Under the pieces are notes generated by a model. The model was not told the origin of the DNA and searched no databases. It was given only the letters and a program-made list of their open reading frames with translations. A DNA stretch of 64,000 bases from positions 4,320,001-4,384,000 of the forward strand of contig OZ241362.1 in assembly GCA_965200315.1 (NCBI GenBank), written 5' to 3'. This stretch comes from Candidatus Latescibacterota bacterium (lineage in GTDB: Bacteria > Latescibacterota > UBA2968 > UBA8231). The position numbers were made by a program, and so were the translations under genes. This document shows, piece by piece, positions 1-9,750 of the stretch (position 1 is the stretch's first letter; each line of letters begins with the position of its first letter).

Positions 1-876
1 GGGCGGCCGCAGGTCTAGGCAGGTATCCATGTGATTGGTGATTAGGTTCTGGACGCGCTTGGATTCCTCCATGTAAGGCAGGTAGATGATGCGCTCGACT
101 TTGGGCAGGGATTGGAAGCCGGCGGTCGCGGCCCACCAATCCGGCCGCAAGTCCCAGATGCGCTGCTGAGGCGTGGATAGCGCCAGCTTGTAAGGCCCGG
201 AAAACACGGGCCAGCCCTTTTGCGGATCGAAGTTGGTAAAGGTGTCTGGCGACTGCCCTTCCCACACGTGCTTGGGCACGATCGGCACCCCATTGCCGAA
301 GTTGTGGGTGAAATACGAAAAGACAAAGCGCGGGTTGGGGGCCGTCAGCGCGATGCGCGCCGTCAGGCTATCGACGGCCACGGCCTCTTGGACCCAGTTT
401 TCCATGTCGGTCGAATAGGATAACAAAGGGGCGTTGTCTTTGAGCATGTTGATCGTAAAAACCAAGTCATGCACTGTCCACGGCTTGCCGTCGCTCCACT
501 GGACCCCCGGGCGAATGGTGATTTCCACTTCGGTATAGTCGTCGTTGAAATGGTGATCTGTGGCGATCCAGGGAATTAGCTGGCCCTTGAAGGCATTGTA
601 AAAATACAGCGGCTCAAAAACGAAATTGTACCCCGTGCGCGAAGTGGTTTCTGGCAGATAGGGGTTGAACGAATTGTAGTCTTGGATCTGCCCGGCACAG
701 GTGCCGCTTTCGGCGCAATCCATGATCAAGGTGCGGTTGCGTGGAACCTCTACAAGCGCCGGTTGTTCGGCATCCCCGCGTTGGCCGGCCGCATCCGATG
801 GCTGTTGGTCGGAAGGGCTATCGCCGCAGCCGCTGATCAGCCACGCACTGAGCAATGTGCAAATGCTGCGTTTCAT
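1..876 (-). CDS. ABC transporter substrate-binding lipoprotein (SBP family 5, peptide/nickel type), 3' end runs off the window
   Basis: Not in the ORF track. Hand translation from ATG 876 gives MKRSICTLLSAWLISGC (lipobox), then FNPYLP..SRTGYNFVFEPLYFYN..WSDGKPWTVHDLVFT, colinear with the neighbouring 931..2658 protein and open to the window edge. Confidence 0.9.
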   Translation of the reverse strand, partial: MKRSICTLLSAWLISGCGDSPSDQQPSDAAGQRGDAEQPALVEVPRNRTLIMDCAESGTCAGQIQDYNSFNPYLPETTSRTGYNFVFEPLYFYNAFKGQLIPWIATDHHFNDDYTEVEITIRPGVQWSDGKPWTVHDLVFTINMLKDNAPLLSYSTDMENWVQEAVAVDSLTARIALTAPNPRFVFSYFTHNFGNGVPIVPKHVWEGQSPDTFTNFDPQKGWPVFSGPYKLALSTPQQRIWDLRPDWWAATAGFQSLPKVERIIYLPYMEESKRVQNLITNHMDTCLDLRPP

Positions 877-930
877 GTTAGACCTCGTATCGGTTTAGAG
901 GGAGATGATACCAGACGCGCCGATTGTTGC

Positions 931-2658
931 TTAACCGCGCGTTGGTTGCAGGTTCAACAATACTAAAAGCCACGTTCGGTGCCAGTAGGCTGTATTGATA
1001 TACGGATTGTCCGCCGATGGCCAGTTGCGCCAATAGGTTTGGTTGTGCGGCAAGCGGTGGTAAAATTGCAACAAGGGTACGGCTGGCAGCGCACGCAGCC
1101 AAATCGCCAGCGCCTCTCTGAACAGGCCCACCAAGCGCGGGTCGTCGGGTGCGGTTTGGCCCATTTGATCGACGAGTGCGTCATACTCGGGGTTTTTCCA
1201 GCGCCAGAAGGTCGGCGTCGCCGTGCCCGTGGGCTGGGCGAAGCGACTGTGGTAGAGGCGCAGCGTAAAATACGGATCGCGCACCGAGCCGCCGTTGCCA
1301 AAGATATAGGCTTTGGCCGCGCCGGTGGTCATCCGCGTGTAGTTGTCTGAGGTCATTCGCATGTGGGCCGCAAAGCCCGCCCGCTGCAACTGCTCGACCA
1401 AGATCGGTGCGATGTCTTGGAAGGTCTGGCTGATGTCGAGCAGCATTTTGGCCTGCACCCCGTCCCGCGTCCAGATGCCTTCGGCGTTCCGCTGCCACCC
1501 AGACTCCTGCATCAGGGCCGCGCTGCGGGCCGGATCGAACAGCCCCACTGGATGTTGTTCCAGCAAGTCTTGGGCTTGGGTCGTGTAGTGCCTGAGCCGC
1601 GGGAAGTCGGGGAACGGCAACAAGGTTGGTCGCCCCGCTCCCTGCCAGCCGACCTCCACTAGCTGCTCGCGGTTGATGGCGTGGTTTACGGCCCAGCGGA
1701 AGGCTGGCTCGTTGTAGGGAGGCTCTTGGGCGTTGAAGCCCAGCGAAATAGGCCACCAGTCGAGATAGCCATAGGGCGGCTCTTGGCCACTCCAAGTCGT
1801 CGCATTGGGGTTTTGCTCTAGAACAGTGCGGATGTTGGGCGGCAGCATGTCGGCGCACAGGTCCATGGCATTGGTCGCGAGGTTCTGGACCTGTTTGGCC
1901 TCTTCCATGTAGGGCAGGTAGATCAGCCGTTCCACTTGCGGCGGCTGGCGGAAGCCGATTTTGGCGGCCCACCAGCCTGTGCGCCGATCCCAGATCCGCT
2001 GCTCTGGGGCCGAGTGCGCTAGGCGGTACGGGCCGCTTACTACGGGCCAGCCCCGCACCAAATCGAAATTGGCAAAGGTCTTTGGGTCGTGGCCCTCCCA
2101 GATGTGCCGGGGCACAATCGGCACGCCATTGTCGAAGTTGTGGGTGAAATACGTGAAGACGAAGCGCGGATTGGGGGCCGTCAATGCAATGTGAGCCGTT
2201 AGGCTGTCGCTGGCTACGGCCGTTTTAACCCAAGTCTGCATATCGACCGCAAAGGTGAGTTCCGGCGCATGGTCGCGGAGCATGTTGATCGTAAAGACCA
2301 CGTCGTGCGCTGTCCACGGCTGCCCGTCGCTCCACTCGACTCCGGGCCGAATTTTTATGGTGACTTCGGTGTAGTCTTCGTTGTACTCGTGCCCCGTGGC
2401 GATCCAAGGGATGATTTCGTCGCGATAGGCGTTGTAAAAGTAGAGCGGCTCGTAGAGGAAGTTGTACCCCGTGCGCGAGACCTTGCCGGGCAGGTAGGGA
2501 TTAAAGGCGTCGTAGTCTTGGAACTGGCCGCTGCACGTGCCTTGATCGACGCAGTCGGTGATCAAGGTGCGCTCGCGCGGCACGTGTTGCAGGCTAGCTT
2601 CGCCGCTACAAGCAGCGCAGACCAAAGCGAGGATTAGCGAGAAAGCGGGGCGCGTCAA
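931..2658 (-). CDS. ABC transporter substrate-binding lipoprotein (SBP family 5)
   Basis: Lipobox CAAC; IRPGVEWSDGQPWTAHDVVFT family-5 signature; FRWAVNHAINR. Confidence 0.9.
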   Translation of the reverse strand: MTRPAFSLILALVCAACSGEASLQHVPRERTLITDCVDQGTCSGQFQDYDAFNPYLPGKVSRTGYNFLYEPLYFYNAYRDEIIPWIATGHEYNEDYTEVTIKIRPGVEWSDGQPWTAHDVVFTINMLRDHAPELTFAVDMQTWVKTAVASDSLTAHIALTAPNPRFVFTYFTHNFDNGVPIVPRHIWEGHDPKTFANFDLVRGWPVVSGPYRLAHSAPEQRIWDRRTGWWAAKIGFRQPPQVERLIYLPYMEEAKQVQNLATNAMDLCADMLPPNIRTVLEQNPNATTWSGQEPPYGYLDWWPISLGFNAQEPPYNEPAFRWAVNHAINREQLVEVGWQGAGRPTLLPFPDFPRLRHYTTQAQDLLEQHPVGLFDPARSAALMQESGWQRNAEGIWTRDGVQAKMLLDISQTFQDIAPILVEQLQRAGFAAHMRMTSDNYTRMTTGAAKAYIFGNGGSVRDPYFTLRLYHSRFAQPTGTATPTFWRWKNPEYDALVDQMGQTAPDDPRLVGLFREALAIWLRALPAVPLLQFYHRLPHNQTYWRNWPSADNPYINTAYWHRTWLLVLLNLQPTRG

Positions 2659-2794
2659 GAGCTTCTCCTTTCGGCGGTGGTCGCCAAAACGTATTAACGC
2701 ACGTTGGGAGGGTCAACCGTCTTGAGCAAAGCCACTAGCCCGCCTATACTACCCTCATTCAATGCCAAACTCCATCAACTACCGAGGAAAAACC

Positions 2795-4414
2795 ATGTAC
2801 GATTTGTTAATCCGCAACGCCCAACTCCTCGACGGCAGCGGCCAGCCGGCTTTCCGCAGCGACATCGCCGTTGAGCAGGGCCGCATCGCGGCTATCGGCA
2901 ACCTTGCTGTCGCCGAAGCGAGTCGCACTATCGACGCCGAGGGCCGCATCACCTGCCCCGGCTTTATCGACATCCACACGCATTCGGACTTGACCATTGC
3001 CCTCGACGGCCGTGCGCTCAGTTCCCTAACGCAGGGCATCACGACCCAAGTCATGGGCAACTGTGGCGTCTCGGCCGCGCCCACCCGCGACTACGAGCCG
3101 TACTACGGTCCGCTCGACCCGGCCATGACCCGTGGTTTGGAGTGCGATTGGACTCATTTTGGCGACTATTTCCAGCGGCTCGAAGCCAATGGATTGGGCA
3201 CGAATACTGCGACCTTAGTAGGCCACGGCAACGTGCGCGTCGCCGCTATGGGTTACGACGACCGCCTGCCGACTGGGGCTGAAATGGAGCAGATGAAGGC
3301 GCTCGTCGCCCGCGCGATGGAAGACGGCGCGATGGGGCTGTCGTCGGGCTTGGCGTACGCGCCCGGCCCGTATGCGGCGCTGGAAGAACTGGTCGAGCTG
3401 GGGAAGGTCGTCGCTGAATACGGCGGCATCTACACCTCGCACATCCGCAACCAGACCGAGTCGATTGCCCAAGCTGTCGGCGAGGTCATGGCCGTCGGCG
3501 AGCAAGCCTCGGTGGCCGCCCACGTCTCGCACATGCAGCCCGGTGCGCCGATGATTGGCGCGACCCGCGACCTGCTTGCGGCCATCGACGAGAAGCGCCG
3601 CGAGGGCTGCGACATTAGCTGCGACGCCATTCCCTATACAGTTGGCAGCACCACCCTCAAATCATTGTTGCCCCCTTGGGCCTTGGCCGGCGGCGACGAG
3701 GCCCTGCTGAGGAGGCTGCAAGACCCAGAGACCCGCGCCAAGATCGAACAGGACACCGCGCAATACGGGGCCGAGAGCGGCGGCAGCCGCAAGCGCAACT
3801 TGGCGCGGGATGGGCAATGGGACAAAATTTGGCTGGGCAGTGCCGAGCAAAACGCCTCCCTAGTCGGTTTGAGCTTCGCCGAGATTGGCCGGCGGCGCAG
3901 TCAAACTCCTCACGACGCGGTTTGCGACATCCTCGTCGAAGAGTGTGCGCGGCCGTGGATGCTGGCCGAGGACGTGTCTGAAGAGGATTTCCTCAACATC
4001 GCCCGGCACTCCACTGGCGGCGTGATCTCCGATGGCTTCTCGCTGGTGCCCGAAGGCACCTTGGCCGAGGGCAAGCACCACCCCCGCTCCTATGGGGCGT
4101 TCCCCTACTTCTTGCGCCGCTTCGTCCGCGAGCAAGGCGCACTGCGCTGGGAAGAGGCCATCCACAAGCTCACTGGTCACCCCGCAGGCCGCTTCCGCTT
4201 GCGCGCACGTGGCCTGTTGCGCGAAGGCTATTGGGCCGACCTCGTGGTCTTTGACCCTGAAGCCATCGGCGAGTGCGCTGACTTTGCCGATCCCTACCGC
4301 TATCCGCAGGGCATCGACTGCGTAATTGTCAATGGACGGGTCACCGTTGAAGGAGGAGAAATAGCCGATAGCCGCGCCGGACAGATCGTCCGGGCCGCGC
4401 CGACTGCGCCCTGA
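2795..4414 (+). CDS. N-acyl-D-amino-acid deacylase (D-aminoacylase, amidohydrolase)
   Basis: PGFIDIHTHSD, MGNCG, HIRN, HPRSYGAFP, GYWADLVVFD motifs. Start placed at ATG 2795 after GAGGAAA. Confidence 0.9.
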   Translation: MYDLLIRNAQLLDGSGQPAFRSDIAVEQGRIAAIGNLAVAEASRTIDAEGRITCPGFIDIHTHSDLTIALDGRALSSLTQGITTQVMGNCGVSAAPTRDYEPYYGPLDPAMTRGLECDWTHFGDYFQRLEANGLGTNTATLVGHGNVRVAAMGYDDRLPTGAEMEQMKALVARAMEDGAMGLSSGLAYAPGPYAALEELVELGKVVAEYGGIYTSHIRNQTESIAQAVGEVMAVGEQASVAAHVSHMQPGAPMIGATRDLLAAIDEKRREGCDISCDAIPYTVGSTTLKSLLPPWALAGGDEALLRRLQDPETRAKIEQDTAQYGAESGGSRKRNLARDGQWDKIWLGSAEQNASLVGLSFAEIGRRRSQTPHDAVCDILVEECARPWMLAEDVSEEDFLNIARHSTGGVISDGFSLVPEGTLAEGKHHPRSYGAFPYFLRRFVREQGALRWEEAIHKLTGHPAGRFRLRARGLLREGYWADLVVFDPEAIGECADFADPYRYPQGIDCVIVNGRVTVEGGEIADSRAGQIVRAAPTAP

Positions 4415-4430
4415 AGCTCAGAGTCGGTAC

Positions 4431-4464
4431 AAGCCCCGTCTCCCTCGTTGGAGCGGGGCTTTTT
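4431..4464 (+). terminator. Rho-independent terminator
   Basis: AAGCCCCGtCTCC-loop-GGAGCGGGGCTT followed by a T-run, just after the deacylase stop. Confidence 0.75.
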
Positions 4465-4493
4465 AGGTACGCGACAAACGACGAGAACAAAAT

Positions 4494-6116
4494 ATGCCTA
4501 ACCAGAGGAAGGCGGTCAAAGTTGCTGTAGCTTCGAGCACACTTGATTTGCACAGCGTTCGCAATCCAACGGAGGTTACTCTGTTTACAGAATTTCGGGC
4601 GGGTGGACGGCTTAGAACTGGTGAGTGTGCTGTCCTACAAATGTGCTATGTGACTGCCTTGCACGGGAATATTTGGAAATTTGTAGGGGTTCAATATTCC
4701 GGTGAATATCCCCACACTTATTTATGGGAGACGGAAAAGGCGATTGGAATACTACTCAGTACCTGTGCAAGAGTTAATCAGGTAAAACAAACATGGCAAA
4801 TCGCCCATGAATGTGTTCATATTCTATCACCAGTGACACGTGGAAATGCAACAGTTCTCGAAGAAGGGATGGCAACTTTATTTCAAATGAAGTATGCAGA
4901 GGATGGTTCTATATGGGTGTCAATTGACGACAACGAGGCGCACTACCTTAAGGTCATAATGGACGAAGTGTTCGGGCGGAAAAACTTCATAACTAATGTG
5001 GTTTGGCGAAAGAATTACGCGCCAAAGTCAAGCGCAAGGCATTTCTCCGAAGACCACGACCATATTCTGGTTTACGCTCGTAATGGGGATGCCTGGATCC
5101 CCAACCCCATGCCGCGTACCGATAAACAAAACAGGGCGTACAGAAATCAGGACAACGACCCGCGAGGGCCTTGGCGGCCCAATAACCTTGCTGCGCGCAA
5201 TTACTATAGCAGAGGGACTTATAGTATTCGCTGCCCCGGCGGACGTTTAATTGAAGGACCACCTGCTGGTTCATATTGGCGAATTTCGGAAGAAAAATTT
5301 GGGGAAATGGATCGCGACGGGCGTATATGGTGGGGTAAGGATGGCAATAACGTCCCTGCCCCCAAGATTTATCTGAGCGAGGTCAAGCAGGGCATAGTTC
5401 CACAGACATTATGGAACTACGAAGATGTTGGTCACACGCAGGACGCAAAAAAGGAAACTGTGAAGCTATTTGGTAGTGAAGTTTTCGGAACACCAAAACC
5501 CGAACGTCTCATTCAACGCATCCTCCACATCGCCACCAACCCCGGCGACCTCGTCCTCGACTCCTTCCTCGGCTCCGGCACCACCGCCGCCGTCGCTCAC
5601 AAGATGGGCCGCCGCTACATCGGCATTGAAATGGGCGAACACGCCGTCACCCATTGCGTCCCGCGCCTGCACAAAGTGATTGACGGCGAACAAGGCGGCA
5701 TCTCCAAAAGCGTCGGCTGGCAAGGCGGCGGTGGCTTCCGCTTCTATCGCCTCGGCCCACCCATATTCGATGAGGAAGGACATATCCGCTCGGACATTAG
5801 CTTTTCCGTGCTCGCCGCCCACGTCTATTTTAGCGAAACCGGACGTCCGTGGCGTGGCCACACCGCTTCTCCCTTCCTCGGCCTGCACGACGGCCGCGCT
5901 TATGCCCTGCTGTACAACGGCATCCTCGGCGACAAAGGCAACGTCTTGACCCGTGCAACGCTCGCTGTGATTCGGGAAGAAATTGCTCACCAGGATGCCC
6001 ATTTCTCCGGGCCGCTCACGATCTACGGTGAACAATCCCGCTTGACGCCAGCGACGCTCGACCAGCAAGGCATCGTCTTCAAACAGACGCCCTACGATAT
6101 CAAAGCACGCACCTGA
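4494..6116 (+). pseudogene. mod: Type III R-M Mod subunit, N-terminally truncated and fused in frame to an HExxH zincin-like fragment
   Basis: From ~4896: AEDGSIWVSIDDNE, TPKPERLIQRI, LDSFLGSGTT (motif I), IGIEMGEHA. No DPPY/NPPY motif IV anywhere. The upstream part contains AHECVH..LEEGMAT. Confidence 0.75.
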
Positions 6117-6132
6117 CGAAGGAGCCAGCCAA

Positions 6133-6270
6133 ATGACAACGGAACGAACCCCATTGGGTCGAGAAATCGGGACGGCGCTGAGAGAAGTGCTCGCCCACGT
6201 GCATGGTGAGATCGATCTTCCCTGCCGAAGCGTCATAGAGGAGACTAGCGAACCTGATCCATGCAGCTAA
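6133..6270 (+). pseudogene. Truncated HigA-like (XRE-HTH) antitoxin N-terminal fragment
   Basis: Hand translation MTTERTPLGREIGTALREVLAHVHGEIDLPCRSV..; RBS GAAGGAG. Resembles the N-terminus of HigA-type antitoxins but stops before any HTH. Confidence 0.5.
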
Positions 6271-7492
6271 AACAATACCAAGCCGATACCCTCTCCGTCC
6301 TGCGCCGCTTCTTCGAGGAAGCGCGTATCGCCGGACCCAAGAACGCCTACGAAACCATACCGTCGAGGCACTCAAAGAAGGATGGGACTGCTCCTTCGCC
6401 TACATTTTCTGCTCAGTATCGCGCATCCAAAGCGCGACAGACGTCGAGCAATTACTCGGCCGCGTACTGCGGATGCCCTACGCCAAGCGGCGTCAAACTG
6501 CTGATCTCAACAGAGCCTACGCTTTCCTGTCTGAGCCGTCTTTTGGCGCGGCGGCACGTGCCTTGGCCGACAAATTGGTGGATATGGGCTTTGAGGAAGA
6601 CGAAGCCCTCGACAACATCGAGCCGGTGGAGCGCACGCTCGATTTTCAAAAAGATTTATTCGGTCCACAGGAAAAGCCGGAACCATTATTCAAATATGCG
6701 ACTCCGGCGACCCCAGAAATCCTGTCTGAACTTAGAGGGTCAGCGCACGATGGAATGCTGGTGCGCGAAACCGCTGAAGGACAGGTCGAAATCGCACTTA
6801 CCGGCTGGATTAATCAGGACCGCGAGCAGGCGATTGCGGAGGCATTGCCCGAGCAAGAGCGAAAAAGTTTTGCTACGGCCGTTACCCAATACCGCGCCGC
6901 AGTCAAGGAGCAAATATCCCCTGCCGAACAGGAGCAGCCATTCAAAAACAAGATCGCGGCCATTCGCCAGCAGGAACGGAGTGGCGTCTATCAACAGTAC
7001 CTCTTGGCACCTCAAGCCAACACAAAGGTTTCGTTCGACACGGCCTTTACATTTGTGGACACCATGTACTGGGATCAACGGCGCTATCGCGGACACTGGA
7101 AACCAAGCAAGCACTTTTTAGGCCAGGATCGCGTTCCCGCCTTTGACGGCGCAGACGACGGCGAGGAAATGCAATGCGCTCAGGTCATCGACAGTCTGAC
7201 GGCGATGAAGTACTGGATTCGCAATGTAGCGCGCCATCCCAATTCGTTTTGGCTGCCAACCGCAACAGACAAATTTTATCCAGACTTCGTCGCTTTGCTA
7301 AACGACGATCGTCTCCTCGTCGTCGAATACAAAGGCGCACATATCGCCGAAGGGACCGACACCAACGAGAAGCGGACCATTGGCGCTCTTTGGGAAAAGT
7401 CGAGCGACGGCAAGGGCCTGTTCCTCATCGCGGAGCAAAAGGTCGATGGCAAAGACGTGCGGCAGCAATTAGTAGAAAAGATCGGAACTTGA
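6261..7492 (+). pseudogene. res: Type III R-M Res subunit with the DEAD-box ATPase core deleted and a frameshift at ~6358
   Basis: MQLKQYQ N-terminus (33 aa), then in another frame from 6359 TVEALKEGWDC..EQLLGRVLR (helicase motifs V/VI) and C-terminal FYPDF..VEYKG PD-(D/E)xK. No Walker A/B. Confidence 0.85.
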
Positions 7493-7616
7493 AAGATCAC
7501 CTCGGCGGACGATTGAAGTTAATCTACACCGCATCGTTACTTTTGCGGGACGTACAACTTTACTACGCTCACCTCGGCAACGCCTTTGTCGCTGCACCTC
7601 ACTTTCGGATGAGCAT

Positions 7617-8891
7617 ATGAGCTATGCTCAGCTAACGCGCTTCATGTTGCCCTTGGTGGTGACAGCGCTGGTGCAAGAGCTCAGTGGCCAGTTCCTCAAC
7701 GGCGGCATGGCGCGGATGCCGCGGGCGGTCGAAACGCTGGCCGCCTTTGGCTTGGCCTTTGGCTTGGCGCTGTTTCTCGCCGGCACCCTGTCTCAGGTGC
7801 GGCAGCTCGGCTTGGTTCTCGTCGAGCACACCCAAGGCTACCGAGTCTGCTGCCGCTTTGTGCTCGTCGCTGGGCTGCTATTGGCCGGCATCTTAGCCAG
7901 CTTGGCACTGACGCCGCTGGGGACTTGGATCATCAACGATCTGCACGGGGTTGATCCTGCGCTCGGCGACGCGGTGCGCCTCGCTCTGCTGTGGCTCGTT
8001 CCCTTTCCCGTGCTGCACGGGATGACGCGCTTTTACAGCGGCGAGCTCATCCGCGTCCGCCGCACGGACATCCCCGCCTACGCCACCACCACCGGGATCG
8101 GGCTCAGCATCCTCGCGGTCTTTGTGCTGTTACCGCTCGGCTTCGTCCGCCAGACTCCCATCTTACTGCCGGTCCTCGCCACGTACACGGGTGTCCTTGC
8201 CGAGCTTGGCGTGGTCGCGTGGGGCCGTAGGTGCTTAGTGTGCTGGCCAGAGCCGGGCAATGCGCCAACCCTAACCTATTTCTACGTCCTGCGCTTCTTT
8301 TGGCCCTTGGCGCTGATCATGGCCGTGCAGGCCGGTACTCGACCGCTGATCAACGTGTTCGTCGCCCGCAGCACCGACGGCACCGAAGCACTAGCCGTGC
8401 TGACCATCGTCTATGCGCTCGGCCACATTCCCTATGGATGGCTCAACGAACTGCGCAACCTGCCGACGGCCTTCCGCCAAGAAGAAGATTTGGCCAAGAT
8501 CCGCCGCTTCTGCTGGGGCTGTTGTCTGTTTTCCTGTGCGTGGATGGTGGCACTGTTTTGGACGCCGGCTGTCGATTACATCCTCGGCACTTGGATCGGC
8601 ATCGGTCCCGAATTGATCGCTTACTGCAAGGTGCCGCTGCTCCTGTTTACGGGCTTTCCCTTTGTCGTCAGCCTACGCAGTTACTGGCACGGCATTGGCT
8701 TACTCCAGCACCGCACCCAAGCTATGGCACCGAGTGCCCCGTCGCGCGTAGCGACCGTCTTACTGATGCTAGCCCTGCTGGCCAATTTCGAGATCCACGG
8801 CGCGACCCAAGCCGTGGGCGCCTTAATCAGCGGCCACACCGTGGAGACCTTGGTCGTCTGGTGGGGCATCGGGCGCGGGCGGCGAGGCTGA
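7617..8891 (+). CDS. ANKH-like (progressive ankylosis family, MOP superfamily) membrane exporter
   Basis: Multi-TM. Motifs colinear with vertebrate ANKH as recalled: [68 protein letters not shown]. Confidence 0.8.
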   Translation: [424 protein letters not shown]

Positions 8892-9044
8892 AGTGCAGGC
8901 CGGGGGAAGCCCAATATCGCACTTGGTCTTGGGATGGCTATCCATTATAATTCAATACACCTACCCCGGGCCACTCCACTGCTGCCGCCAAGCATAAAGT
9001 GAAGATCGGCCAACAGTTGCAGGATTATCTAAAGCAGGCCTGAT

Positions 9045-9539
9045 ATGATGCGCGATGAAGTTTGGAACCAGCTAGTGGACGCAGAACGCCTAGTCCGGTA
9101 TTATGGCGATCTGGCTCAGCATTATAATAGATGTAGTTGGATTCTTCGAGGGATTATTCTTCTGTTCTGCATGGCAGGCATAACTGCACTACTAGAAAGG
9201 ATCCCTGAGTGGGCTAATCTCATAGTATATGCCGTCTTAGCTGGGGCTATTGTTGCGGAAGCCATTATGAATTACGAGAAAAAGGCAGCACTGGTTGGGA
9301 TCATCTATATCCGATGCGATAAACTGCTGGATCAGTGGCGCGATTTGTGGAATGAGATTGATCGCGAAGAGCCTGTGGATGAGGATAGCATACAAGAGAA
9401 ATATCGTCGTCTGAGGAACGAGCTAACGGATGTGACGGGATGGGTTGCCCTATGTGGTATTTCAGAACATAAACGCATTCATAAAAAGGCAACAAAAAAG
9501 GCCTACGAAACTATTCAAGGGTACTATGCTCATGTCTAG
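9045..9539 (+). CDS. Two-TM hairpin plus helical-tail protein (SLATT-like)
   Basis: Two adjacent hydrophobic helices (ILRGIILLFCMAGITALL; LIVYAVLAGAIVAEAIM) followed by a charged helical tail; AT-rich relative to flanks. Confidence 0.55.
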   Translation: MMRDEVWNQLVDAERLVRYYGDLAQHYNRCSWILRGIILLFCMAGITALLERIPEWANLIVYAVLAGAIVAEAIMNYEKKAALVGIIYIRCDKLLDQWRDLWNEIDREEPVDEDSIQEKYRRLRNELTDVTGWVALCGISEHKRIHKKATKKAYETIQGYYAHV

Positions 9540-9660
9540 AGAAGGCCAAACTAGGAATAGCCAGCCACCTCGACCGTCGAATCCGCCGCCGCCGAAGCCA
9601 CCACCGCGCAAGCCACCCCCGAGGAATTCGCCGGCTCGAAAACCTAGGCACTCGAGGTAA
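9532..9660 (+). CDS. Small Pro/Arg/Lys-rich peptide (42 aa)
   Basis: ATG overlaps the end of the upstream gene; MSREGQTRNSQPPRPSNPPPPKPPPRKPPPRN..; the stop is immediately followed by a terminator. Confidence 0.4.
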   Translation: MSREGQTRNSQPPRPSNPPPPKPPPRKPPPRNSPARKPRHSR

Positions 9661-9663
9661 AAC

Positions 9664-9701
9664 AAAAAGTGCCCTGCCTGCAAAGGGTTAGGGCACTTTT
9701 T
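9664..9701. terminator. Bidirectional Rho-independent terminator
   Basis: AAAAAGTGCCCT...AGGGCACTTTTT perfect 12-bp inverted repeat with A/T tails. Confidence 0.8.
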
Positions 9702-9750
9702 ACTGCTCAAAAGAGCCTTTAATTTGTTTGAAACGGAAAAAGGAGATTCC

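Noticed and set aside
6340-6370. Programmed frameshift or phase variation in res
   Set aside because: No slippery or simple-repeat tract, and restoring the frame would still leave the ATPase core missing.
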